Assembly (NCBI GenBank): GCA_947446585.1
Contig: CANFGZ010000001.1
Coordinates: 1-58,398, forward strand
Length of the DNA stretch: 58,398 nucleotides
Origin: Chitinophagaceae bacterium
Lineage (GTDB): Bacteria > Bacteroidota > Bacteroidia > Chitinophagales > Chitinophagaceae
Direction of reading: 5' to 3'
This document shows positions 29,768 to 38,735 of this stretch, piece by piece (positions within the stretch are counted from its first letter, which is position 1; each line of letters opens with the position of its first letter). The notes beneath the pieces were generated by a model. The model was not told the DNA's origin and searched no databases. It saw only the letters and a program-made list of their open reading frames with translations. Made by a program: the position numbers and the translations under genes.

Positions 29768-30262
29768 ATGAAAACAATTTACATCATCAGACACGCAAAA
29801 AGCAGTTGGGCCAATTTCGATCAATCAGATTTTGAAAGACCGCTGAATGAAAAAGGAAATAACGACGCGCCAGAAATGGCAAAAAGACTTCTGAATAAAA
29901 AAATAACAATTGATGTTTTTATAAGCAGTCCGGCTTTGAGAGCAAAACAAACCTGTGAACATTTTTGTCAGATGTATAAAGTGCCATTAAAAAATATTGT
30001 TTTTAATGAAACGCTTTATCATGCGCCTGAGCAGGTAATTAAAAATGCGGTGAGTACAATTGATGATAAATTTGATAGTGCAGCAATGTTTATTCATAAT
30101 CCCGGAATCACAGATTATGTAAACACGCTAACAAAAAAAGTTCAAATAGACGACATGCCAACCTGCGCAATTTTTGCAGTTGAGGCTGATGTACAGCAAT
30201 GGAAGGACTTTTCCAAGGCAGAAAAAACTTTTCTTTTCTTTGATTACCCAAAAAATAAATAA
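29768..30262 (+). CDS. SixA-like histidine phosphatase
   Basis: IRHAKSSW, DFERPLN, SSPALRAKQT, HNPG. Confidence 0.9.
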   Translation: MKTIYIIRHAKSSWANFDQSDFERPLNEKGNNDAPEMAKRLLNKKITIDVFISSPALRAKQTCEHFCQMYKVPLKNIVFNETLYHAPEQVIKNAVSTIDDKFDSAAMFIHNPGITDYVNTLTKKVQIDDMPTCAIFAVEADVQQWKDFSKAEKTFLFFDYPKNK

Positions 30263-30310
30263 AGAAATATTTTTCTTTGATTCTGAGAGTACATTCAAAA
30301 ACACCATTGA

Positions 30311-31213
30311 TTATTTTTTTGGAAATGAATTTGCACTTTTTTTTGAAAGATACACTCCCAGAAAAATAAAGAATGCTCCAACAATTTTATAAAGCTCCAA
30401 AGATTCATTTAGAAAAATAATTGCAATTACTGTGGCAAAAAAAGGTTGCGTATAAATATAGGATCCCGAAACCGAAGCACCGAGATATTTAATTCCATAT
30501 AAATTAAAAACATAAGCTAGAAACGTTCCGCCAACAATAATTAAGGCGAGAATACAAAATTGCATAGGTGCATAGTTATGCCAAGGAATAGAAATAAATT
30601 GTGACCAACAAACCGGAAGGGCAATGATGGTTCCTATTGTAAATAAAATTCGAATTACGGTAATCGCATTATATCGCTTCATCAAAGGCCTTACCAAAAT
30701 AAAATAATAAGAATACGAAATTGCGTTGATGATGATGAAAATATCTCCCCAGAAAATATCGGTACCGTTGCCTGTATTTTTTCTTGAAACAACTAAAACC
30801 ACAGCTCCGATTACGCCCATGATTAAACCGAGAATTTTAAATTTATTCAGGGATTCTTTTAGAATCCATGCAGCTATTAACGTAATAAAAATTGGGGTGG
30901 TGAGCATAAGTAAAGAGGCATGAATAGAAAACGTCATTGAGAGACCCTTTATAAATAAAAGTTGATTGATCACTATTCCCAAAAGGGCACAAAGAACAAA
31001 TCTTTTGTAATGAATTTTGTTTATTTTTTCTTTGTTTGGATTTGCCCAATAAAATATCCATAACAATAAGGTGGTAAATAACATTCTGATGAAATTCAAA
31101 CCGAAGGGTTTGATAAAGCCATCATTAATTAAATATTTAACTGCCGAGAAATTAATCGCAAAAAATATATTGGTGCCAATAAGTGCGAGATGCGCTTTGT
31201 GTTTATTCCTCAA
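30311..31213 (-). CDS. DMT/EamA family transporter
   Basis: About 10 TM segments in two repeats; YIYTQP. Confidence 0.9.
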   Translation of the reverse strand: MRNKHKAHLALIGTNIFFAINFSAVKYLINDGFIKPFGLNFIRMLFTTLLLWIFYWANPNKEKINKIHYKRFVLCALLGIVINQLLFIKGLSMTFSIHASLLMLTTPIFITLIAAWILKESLNKFKILGLIMGVIGAVVLVVSRKNTGNGTDIFWGDIFIIINAISYSYYFILVRPLMKRYNAITVIRILFTIGTIIALPVCWSQFISIPWHNYAPMQFCILALIIVGGTFLAYVFNLYGIKYLGASVSGSYIYTQPFFATVIAIIFLNESLELYKIVGAFFIFLGVYLSKKSANSFPKK

Positions 31214-31287
31214 TGATAGAAATTAAAGGTGCAAATTATGAATAAATATTTTCAATTTAAATTGAAGGTTTGATGTCGGGAGATAAT

Positions 31288-31317
31288 AAAAAAACCGTCT
31301 TTAGAAAAAGACGGTTT
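31288..31317 (-). terminator. Intrinsic terminator 110 nt after recA
   Basis: AAACCGTCTTT/AAAGACGGTTT stem with U tail on minus strand. Confidence 0.88.
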
Positions 31318-31427
31318 ATTACTTAACTAACCCAAAAAAAATTCAACTATGAAAAACGTAATTGAATACCTTTTTTAAGCATCGGATATTTTATTCGTTC
31401 ATCGACTGAATAAAACACTCATTTTTA

Positions 31428-32429
31428 TTACGATGCCTGCATTTCTTTAATCTTTGCTCTTATTTTGGCTTCGATTTCGTTGGCCATTTCGGGATTATCG
31501 AGGAGCAGTTGTTTTACAGATTCGCGGCCTTGTCCCATTTTATCATTATTATAACTGAACCAACTGCCGCTTTTTTGAACGATACCCATTTCAACGCCCA
31601 TATCGATAACTTCTCCCACCTTAGAAATTCCTTCACCATAAATGATATCAAATTCGGCCTGGCGGAATGGAGGCGCGACTTTGTTTTTTACAACTTTTAC
31701 TTTGATGTGATTTCCTACCACTTCATCACCATCTTTTATTTGTGCCATTCTACGGATATCCAAACGAACCGATGCATAAAATTTCAACGCGTTTCCACCG
31801 GTTGTTGTTTCGGGGTTGCCAAACATCACACCAATTTTTTCTCTCAGCTGATTTATAAATATGCAACAACAGTTTGTCTTTGAGATAGTAGCGGTTAATT
31901 TTCTTAGCGCCTGACTCATTAATCTGGCGTGAAGACCCATCTTACTATCTCCCATTTCTCCTTCCAGCTCACTTTTAGGAACCAGTGCAGCAACTGAATC
32001 TATCACTACTACATCCAAAGCTCCTGAAAGAATTAAGCGATCGGCTATTTCCAGTGCTTGCTCGCCATAATCAGGTTGAGAGATTAATAGATTATCAATG
32101 TCCACACCCAACTTTTGGGCGTAAGCACTATCAAATGCATGTTCTGCATCTATAAAAGCACATATTCCTCCTTTCTTTTGTGCCTCTGCTATTATATGTG
32201 TAGCTAATGTTGTTTTTCCTGAAGACTCCGGACCGTATATTTCTATAACTCGACCTTTTGGCAAACCGCCAATTCCTAATGCCACATCTAATCCAATTGA
32301 TCCGGTAGAAATAACCCCTTGCTCAGTAATGGGTTTTTCGTTCATCATCATTACAGACCCTTTTCCAAAATCCTTGTCAATTTTGTCAATCGTAAGCTTT
32401 AATGCTTTTAATTTTTCTGTGTTACTCAT
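31428..32429 (-). CDS. recA: Recombinase A
   Basis: [47 protein letters not shown]. Confidence 0.99.
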   Translation of the reverse strand: MSNTEKLKALKLTIDKIDKDFGKGSVMMMNEKPITEQGVISTGSIGLDVALGIGGLPKGRVIEIYGPESSGKTTLATHIIAEAQKKGGICAFIDAEHAFDSAYAQKLGVDIDNLLISQPDYGEQALEIADRLILSGALDVVVIDSVAALVPKSELEGEMGDSKMGLHARLMSQALRKLTATISKTNCCCIFINQLREKIGVMFGNPETTTGGNALKFYASVRLDIRRMAQIKDGDEVVGNHIKVKVVKNKVAPPFRQAEFDIIYGEGISKVGEVIDMGVEMGIVQKSGSWFSYNNDKMGQGRESVKQLLLDNPEMANEIEAKIRAKIKEMQAS

Positions 32430-32513
32430 TGTTTTCTTTTTTTAAAGTGATGTATCTTAATTGCTGTGTAAATGTAAATTCGAATACAAAAATAAGGGAA
32501 TTATTTTATCAAC

Positions 32514-32528
32514 ACTAATTTATTTAGT
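32514..32528. promoter_or_regulatory. Palindrome ACTAA-N5-TTAGT in the recA promoter (candidate SOS box)
   Basis: ACTAATTTATTTAGT about 20 nt upstream of the -7 element TATTTTTG (32487-32494). Confidence 0.55.
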
Positions 32529-32596
32529 ATTTTTTGCTAAGTTTTTTATACAGAATTCGGGGAGAAAAAAACGGGAATTGAATGGTGAAAATTATT

Positions 32597-32998
32597 GCCC
32601 CCTATATCCCCCTTCGGGGGACTTTGATTGTGTTTTGTTGGTTAACCACGAATTGTTTAACCGCTGAGATACAGTGGAAATAGAGGTTTCGCAGCGTTTC
32701 GTTTCACCTTTGGGGGATTTAGGGGGCCTAATTCATGCATTCGTGACCATCTCTCACCAAACGTTCCGAAGGAACGAACCTATTAAATTAACATCTCGGG
32801 CTAAAGACAAGATGTTCCTATGGAACATTGCGGAAATACAAACATTGCGCCTTCGCTCCCTTGCGAGCTTTGCGTGAAACCCATTCGTGAAATTTTCTAA
32901 AAACGCAACGTCCCTTGCAGGAGACATTGCTGAGAAACCATAAACAACAAACATCTTCTTCTAAACCTCTGCGTAAACCACCCTGTGTAAAGGTGAAA
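32597..32998 (-). mobile_element. Composite intergenic repeat element, copy 2
   Basis: 32905-32934 and 32754-32827 match the reverse complements of 20661-20690 and 20795-20866; also CCCCC..GGGGG palindromes and a CACGCAAAG unit. Confidence 0.7.
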
Positions 32999-33116
32999 TA
33001 TAATTACCGCCAGTTAGCAGCGACAACAACTCAAGCTCGTCTTCTTTAGTAGTATTGGATTTAGCATCAAATATCTGTTCCCGTTTTATTAAAGCGTTTT
33101 TATATTCCAACTGCAA
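32961..33116 (-). pseudogene. higA: HigA antitoxin N-terminal remnant
   Basis: EYKNALIKREQIFDAKSNTTKEDELELLSLL; similarity ends as the frame enters the repeat block; HTH absent. Confidence 0.7.
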
Positions 33117-33124
33117 AATCTGGG

Positions 33125-33298
33125 TTAAACTGTTTTTGCATTAATTTTATCGTATTGGGCATGTGTACCAATAAATCGAATCCAAATAATTCCAAAATCA
33201 TAATTAATTTTTACTACAAGTCTGTATTTATTTCCCTTGATATTGAACACAATTCTATTGTCTGCAATAATACTGGATGTCGGAAAATTGCTTTCACT
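33125..33298 (-). pseudogene. higB: HigB toxin C-terminal remnant
   Basis: FPTSSIIADNRIVFNIKGNKYRLVVKINYDFGIIWIRFIGTHAQYDKINAKTV*; N-terminal part and start missing. Confidence 0.85.
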
Positions 33299-34576
33299 TT
33301 AATACACCACCAGCTCTCGGAAATTCTCCGGTTGTAAATATTTATTCGACAGTTCCATCAATTGATCTGCAGTAACAGATTTAATCTCATTAATTGAATC
33401 ATAGAAATAACTTTCATCCATTTCATTAAGAATAATATTTTTCCATTTAGCCATAATCTGAAATGGTCCATCCAGCTCGCCCAAAATACCTCCTATCATA
33501 TAATTACGCACCAGCAATAATTCATCGTCTTCGATTTTTTCTTCGCGTAATATTTTCATCTCTCTGTAAATTTCTTCAATAGTAGCTTCCGAAACATCTT
33601 TACCGGCTTCGGTGCTAATTACCCATGCGCTTTCCTGAATATGGTTTTGTATATAACTGTAAATTCCGTAAGTATAACCCTTGTCTTCTCTGATGTTGCT
33701 CATTAATCTCGATCCAAAAAATCCGCCATACAAGGTATTCAGCACCATTACTTTTTTAAAATCAGGATGATGACGATTAGGGAAAGGCATTGCAATTCTT
33801 ATTGCACCCTGCACCGCATTAGGATCGTTTTGAATTCTGAATTTCCGTTCTTCAGAAGGCGTTATGTTAAACGTGGGCATTACCACTTTATTTCTGTTGG
33901 TATTGAGTTGACCAAAATATTGATTAAGTTGTTTTCCAAAATCTGCAGAAAAATTTCCGGAAACAAAGATGACGCAATTGCCATTCAGATAATACTCTTC
34001 ATAATACTTTCTGCACTCTTCAATGTTTATTAATTCGATATCTCCCGGATTAGTATAAACGCCATAAGGATGATGCTCGCCGTAAATATAACTGTCAATC
34101 AATCTTGTAGCTACAAATTCGGCTTTCTGTAAATTTACTTTTAATCGTTGTAAGGAGTTTTGTTTATAGATACTTAGCTCCTCTTCGGGAAACACAGAAT
34201 CTACAAGCATATCCTTAACTATCGGCAAAAGTTTATCTACATGCTTGGTTAATGAATGAAGAGAAACCACAGAGGTTTCATTATAACAAGCCCTATTACA
34301 ATAGCCTCCATAATATTCAAATGCTTCATTGATCTGAAGTGCCGTTCTGGTTTTTGTGCCATTCTTTAATAAAAAATTAGTGGCCGCTGCAACTCCTTTT
34401 TTCTTTTCATAACTATTGCCAGCATAAAAAACCATCTCTATCTGAATCACCTCCTGTGCACCTGCATTTACACTATATACGTTAATACCATTATCAAGTT
34501 TGTAATGTTCGTATGGTTTCAGTGCCAGTGAATAATCAACGGCATCTTTTATTTTGGGGCTGTGTTTTCTGTTCAT
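33299..34576 (-). CDS. M16 family peptidase, non-catalytic-type subunit
   Basis: M16 fold, GGFFGSRLMSNIREDKGYTYGI; HxxEH replaced by AATNF. Confidence 0.9.
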   Translation of the reverse strand: MNRKHSPKIKDAVDYSLALKPYEHYKLDNGINVYSVNAGAQEVIQIEMVFYAGNSYEKKKGVAAATNFLLKNGTKTRTALQINEAFEYYGGYCNRACYNETSVVSLHSLTKHVDKLLPIVKDMLVDSVFPEEELSIYKQNSLQRLKVNLQKAEFVATRLIDSYIYGEHHPYGVYTNPGDIELINIEECRKYYEEYYLNGNCVIFVSGNFSADFGKQLNQYFGQLNTNRNKVVMPTFNITPSEERKFRIQNDPNAVQGAIRIAMPFPNRHHPDFKKVMVLNTLYGGFFGSRLMSNIREDKGYTYGIYSYIQNHIQESAWVISTEAGKDVSEATIEEIYREMKILREEKIEDDELLLVRNYMIGGILGELDGPFQIMAKWKNIILNEMDESYFYDSINEIKSVTADQLMELSNKYLQPENFRELVVY

Positions 34577-34582
34577 TAAAAA

Positions 34583-35821
34583 TTAATTATCACTTAAATA
34601 ATACATCGTACTGCAATTGTTCTCATCAAATATATCTCGGACTTCTCTTGCAATTTCTTCTGCAGTTACCGCCTGATATTTTGATAGTTCGGTGTTAATT
34701 AAATCTGCATCACCCAAATTTTCGTACATCGCAATACTTGAAGCCCTATTCATTAAACTCATGTCTTCAAAAGCCATTGCACTCTCTGCTTTATTTTTAA
34801 CTTTCTCTAACTCTGATGGAGAGATGCCCTCATCCTGTAATTTTTTTAACTCTTCGAGCACCGCCTGTTCGGCAACTTTAATATCTACCCCTTTAACCAG
34901 CTTTCCTTCAATAGTCATTAATCCTGCATCTGTACTTCCAAAATGATAACAATCAAGATTACTGAATAATTGTTTTTCTTTAACCAAACTTTGATATAAC
35001 CTTGAAGATCCGCCGCCACTTAAAATATCAGAAATAAGATCGGCAGCATAATAGCGGTTGTCCATACGTGGATACATGTGCCAGCATTTATATAATGCAT
35101 CCAATGGAACGTTTGACTTTACTTCCAGGTGACGTGGTTTTGTTTGTTTGGGTTCAACGGGCAAGTCTCTTTGATATTTTTCTCCTGAAGGAATAGGACC
35201 AAACCATTTTTCAGCAAGAAGCTTAATTTGTGCGGTGTCAATATTACCTGCAACAACAAGTATGGCATTGCAAGGAGTGTAATGTTTATAAAAGAAAGCT
35301 TTTACATCTTCTAGTGTGGCATCCTCAACATGTTTTAATGAAGCCCCAATAGTCATCCATTTATAGGGATGTGTGGTATAAGTTAGTTGACGCATTTTGT
35401 GCCAAACATCTCCGTAAGGCTTGTTAATGTAATGTTCCTTGAATTCTTCACAAACCACTTTTCGCTGTACTTCCAGACTTTTTTTGCTGAATGCGAGGCT
35501 AAGCATTCTGTCGCTTTCCAGCCAAAAAGCGGTTTCAATATTTTCGGCAGGAAGCTGACAATAATAATTAGTCAAATCATTTGTGGTAAAGGCATTGTTT
35601 TCGCCTCCGGCAACCTGCAGTGGTTCATCATAACTTGGAATATTGATACTTCCTCCAAACATTAAATGCTCAAATAAATGAGCAAATCCTGTTTTTTCAG
35701 GATTTTCATCTTTGGCACCTACATCATACAATACATTCAACACCGCCATTGGCGTACTTTTATCTTCGTGTACCAACACCCGAAGTCCGTTTTCCAGTGT
35801 AAATTTTTCGAAATGAATCAT
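34583..35821 (-). CDS. M16 family Zn peptidase, catalytic subunit
   Basis: TGFAHLFEHLMFGGS, NAFTT; start moved to ATG 35821 (MIHFEKF) because TACCTTTG at 35826-35833 lies inside the longer ORF. Confidence 0.93.
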   Translation of the reverse strand: MIHFEKFTLENGLRVLVHEDKSTPMAVLNVLYDVGAKDENPEKTGFAHLFEHLMFGGSINIPSYDEPLQVAGGENNAFTTNDLTNYYCQLPAENIETAFWLESDRMLSLAFSKKSLEVQRKVVCEEFKEHYINKPYGDVWHKMRQLTYTTHPYKWMTIGASLKHVEDATLEDVKAFFYKHYTPCNAILVVAGNIDTAQIKLLAEKWFGPIPSGEKYQRDLPVEPKQTKPRHLEVKSNVPLDALYKCWHMYPRMDNRYYAADLISDILSGGGSSRLYQSLVKEKQLFSNLDCYHFGSTDAGLMTIEGKLVKGVDIKVAEQAVLEELKKLQDEGISPSELEKVKNKAESAMAFEDMSLMNRASSIAMYENLGDADLINTELSKYQAVTAEEIAREVRDIFDENNCSTMYYLSDN

Positions 35822-35853
35822 GCGGCAAAGGTAGGTTTGTTTTGTTTTATTAT

Positions 35854-35916
35854 GTTTCAAAAGTTCAATGAGTTCAAGATGTTTAAATAGCAGATTAGTA
35901 AGAAAATTGTTGAACC
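35854..35916. repeat. Degenerate 9-mer array (GTTCAAnAn)
   Basis: gtttcaaaa gttcaatga gttcaagat gtttaaata; same family as 55163-55244. Confidence 0.55.
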
Positions 35917-35984
35917 AACTACTATAAAATAAATACTACAATAAAATAATTGACCTTAATTTTGTTCTTTATTAAAATCCCAAA

Positions 35985-37106
35985 ATGAACATTAACGCAC
36001 TTCTTACTAAAGCCCTAGATTTCGAATTTCTCAGCGTAGAAGAAGGTGTTTTCCTTTTTGAAAATGCCGGACTTACCGAATTAATGTATGTAGCCAATGA
36101 GCTCAGAAAAAAACAAGTGCCTCATGGAAAAGTTACCTGGCAGATAGACAGAAACGTAAATACAACTAATGTATGTATTGCCAATTGCAAGTTTTGTAAT
36201 TTTTACAGAATCCCGGGTCATGCAGATGCTTATATCACTGATATCGAAACCTACAAAAAGAAAATAGAGGAAACCATAAAATACGGCGGCGATCAGTTGT
36301 TGTTGCAAGGTGGTCATCATCCCGAACTGGGATTACGTTTTTATGTTGATTTATTTAAACAACTTAAATCTTTATATCCAAACATTAAATTACATACCCT
36401 TGGGCCACCAGAAATTGCTCATATTACGAAGCTCGAAAAAAGCACACACAGAGAAGTGTTGATGGCTTTAAAAGAAGCCGGCATGGACAGTTTGCCAGGA
36501 GCCGGAGCAGAAATATTAACAGACAGGGTTAGACGCCTAATAAGTAAGGGAAAATGTGGTGCACAGGAATGGCTGGACATCATGCATGAATGTCATAAAC
36601 TAAACATCACCACCTCTGCTACGATGATGTTTGGTCATGTAGAAACCATTACCGAAAGATTTGAACATCTCGTTAAAATAAGAGAAGTACAAAGCCGAAA
36701 GCCCGAATCTGCAAAAGGATTTCTTGCCTTTATTCCCTGGACCTTTCAAGACGTTGATACTTTACTTACTAAAATTCGTGGCGTACAAAATCTCACTACA
36801 CCCGAAGAATATATTCGCATGATTTCGATGAGCAGAATTATGCTGCCTAATGTAAAAAACATTCAAGCTAGCTGGCTAACTGTAGGTAAACAAGTAGCAC
36901 AGTTATGTTTGAACGCCGGTGCAAATGATTTTGGCAGCATCATGATAGAAGAAAATGTAGTAAGTGCTGCAGGTGCACCTCATCGTTTTACCAGTAAGAC
37001 TATTCAGGAATCCATCAAAGAAGCTGGATTTGAACCTCAGTTGAGAAATCAGCAATACGAATGGAGAGACTTACCAATCATGGAAGAGCAAATAATTAAT
37101 TATTAA
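35985..37106 (+). CDS. mqnC: Dehypoxanthine futalosine cyclase (CofH/MqnC radical SAM)
   Basis: DRNVNTTNVCIANCKFC, LLQGGHHP, SLPGAGAEIL, ATMMFGHVE, GANDFGSIMIEENVVSAAG. Confidence 0.88.
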   Translation: MNINALLTKALDFEFLSVEEGVFLFENAGLTELMYVANELRKKQVPHGKVTWQIDRNVNTTNVCIANCKFCNFYRIPGHADAYITDIETYKKKIEETIKYGGDQLLLQGGHHPELGLRFYVDLFKQLKSLYPNIKLHTLGPPEIAHITKLEKSTHREVLMALKEAGMDSLPGAGAEILTDRVRRLISKGKCGAQEWLDIMHECHKLNITTSATMMFGHVETITERFEHLVKIREVQSRKPESAKGFLAFIPWTFQDVDTLLTKIRGVQNLTTPEEYIRMISMSRIMLPNVKNIQASWLTVGKQVAQLCLNAGANDFGSIMIEENVVSAAGAPHRFTSKTIQESIKEAGFEPQLRNQQYEWRDLPIMEEQIINY

Positions 37107-37235
37107 TTTTTTTCTGTTGTTTTATTTACAATACTTTTATTGCTAAAATTCACTTTTTATTATTGACGATAAATCAGTATCGAGTGCAAATTAAGAAGAG
37201 TTTAATAACTCTATAGGAGGTTTAAAAAAATCAAG

Positions 37236-38144
37236 ATGAACATTAAAGAATTTAACCAATCACCCAAAAAAGTCTTTGAATCAAAATTCAGAAAGATTAA
37301 TTCTTTTGAGACTCCTGCTGAAAATATCGACTTGTCTGTAGTAGATTCTTTTGGAGAAGAATGGACAAAATTTCATCAGTTCAGTAAAGATGAGATAGAT
37401 TGTTTAGGCGAAATGTACTTTGATATTATTGATGAAAAAATAATAAATAAAAATACTTACGGAATTGACATCGGTTGCGGTACGGGTAGATTCACAAAAT
37501 ACCTTTCGGATAAAATTGGGTTTATGGAAGCCGTTGATCCAAGTGATGCCATTTTTAGTGCAGACAATTTATTGCATGGAGTTGAGAATGTAAGACTCTC
37601 AAAAGCATCTACCGATAACATCCCGTTTGATGACGAAACTTTTGATTTTGGAATGAGTATTGGCGTTTTACATCATATTCCAAATACTCAAATGGCATTA
37701 GCCGACTGTGTAAAAAAGATAAAAATTGGCGGATATTTTTATTTGTATTTATATTATAACTTAGATAACAAAGGTGGCTTATTTAGATTTTTATTATTAT
37801 TAGTTACTGGAATTCGAAAAATAATCAGCGCGCTTCCCAATAAAATAAAAAAGCCAATCTGTGATATTATTGCTGTACTAATGTATATGCCAATTGTTTT
37901 ATTAGGTCGTTTTTTAAAATTTATTGGGTTTAAAAAATTAGCAGAAAAATTACCTTTAAGCGGATATCAAAATCAAACCTTTTTTGTGATACGAAACGAT
38001 GCTCTCGACAGATTTGGAACCTCATTAGAACAGCGTTTTTCTAAAAAAGAAATTGAAGAAATGATGAGAAATTGTGGTTTAGATTATATTAAGTTTTCAG
38101 ACAACATTCCTTACTGGCACGTAATCGGTAAAAGAATAAAATAA
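37236..38144 (+). CDS. Class I SAM-dependent methyltransferase
   Basis: DIGCGTGR, FDFGMSIGVLHH; FGEEW N-terminal motif. Confidence 0.9.
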   Translation: MNIKEFNQSPKKVFESKFRKINSFETPAENIDLSVVDSFGEEWTKFHQFSKDEIDCLGEMYFDIIDEKIINKNTYGIDIGCGTGRFTKYLSDKIGFMEAVDPSDAIFSADNLLHGVENVRLSKASTDNIPFDDETFDFGMSIGVLHHIPNTQMALADCVKKIKIGGYFYLYLYYNLDNKGGLFRFLLLLVTGIRKIISALPNKIKKPICDIIAVLMYMPIVLLGRFLKFIGFKKLAEKLPLSGYQNQTFFVIRNDALDRFGTSLEQRFSKKEIEEMMRNCGLDYIKFSDNIPYWHVIGKRIK

Positions 38145-38273
38145 CCTGCGCACAAACATTGATGTTTAAAAATATTTTCGTTAATGTAAAATTGTGATTT
38201 ATAATTTAATCAGCATTAACATCTATAACTTTATATAAAGAGACCAATAACCTTCTTCACAACTATTTCACTT

Positions 38274-38558
38274 ATGAATATTGTAAAACTATTTCGTATT
38301 ATTGCCCTTGCCGAAGGTGTTTCATTTATGGTGTTGCTTTGTATTGCCATGCCTTTGAAATATGTTGCAAACATGCCCGAAGCAGTCAGAATTACTGGAA
38401 TGCTACATGGTGTTTTGTTCATCACTTATATCATACTGGCTTGGGAATCGATGAATAAATTAAATAAAACATGGAGTTGGTTTTTTATAGCTGTTGGATA
38501 TTCTGTTCTGCCTCTTGGTGCTTTTTATCTAGAAAAAAAATTAAGAAATAATATTTAG
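38274..38558 (+). CDS. DUF3817 family small membrane protein
   Basis: FRIIALAEGVS, AMPLKY, GMLHGVLF, SVLPLG. Confidence 0.88.
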   Translation: MNIVKLFRIIALAEGVSFMVLLCIAMPLKYVANMPEAVRITGMLHGVLFITYIILAWESMNKLNKTWSWFFIAVGYSVLPLGAFYLEKKLRNNI

Positions 38559-38735
38559 GTTTTATTACAACATTGCTGAACATTAATTTATACAACACAT
38601 TGTTTCTCCTTCGATGAAAAATGAGGTGTTATTTGATTCTTGCTTTTAAATTTCTAACTTTAAGCCTTTCGTAAATTATTCAAAAAGAAATTATACTGGA
38701 ACACAAAAACTGTTTCTGTAATTATTATTTAAAAA

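Noticed and set aside
32461-32954. ORFs 32461-32667, 32674-32877 and 32754-32954
   Set aside because: Translations of the recA promoter and the palindromic repeat block; no protein-like features
33155-33337. 60-aa plus-strand ORF
   Set aside because: Antisense shadow of the higB remnant
33125-34576. Stop-codon readthrough fusing the M16 subunit to the in-frame HigB fragment
   Set aside because: In-frame by a one-in-three chance, TAA stop, no recoding signal; deletion scar is simpler
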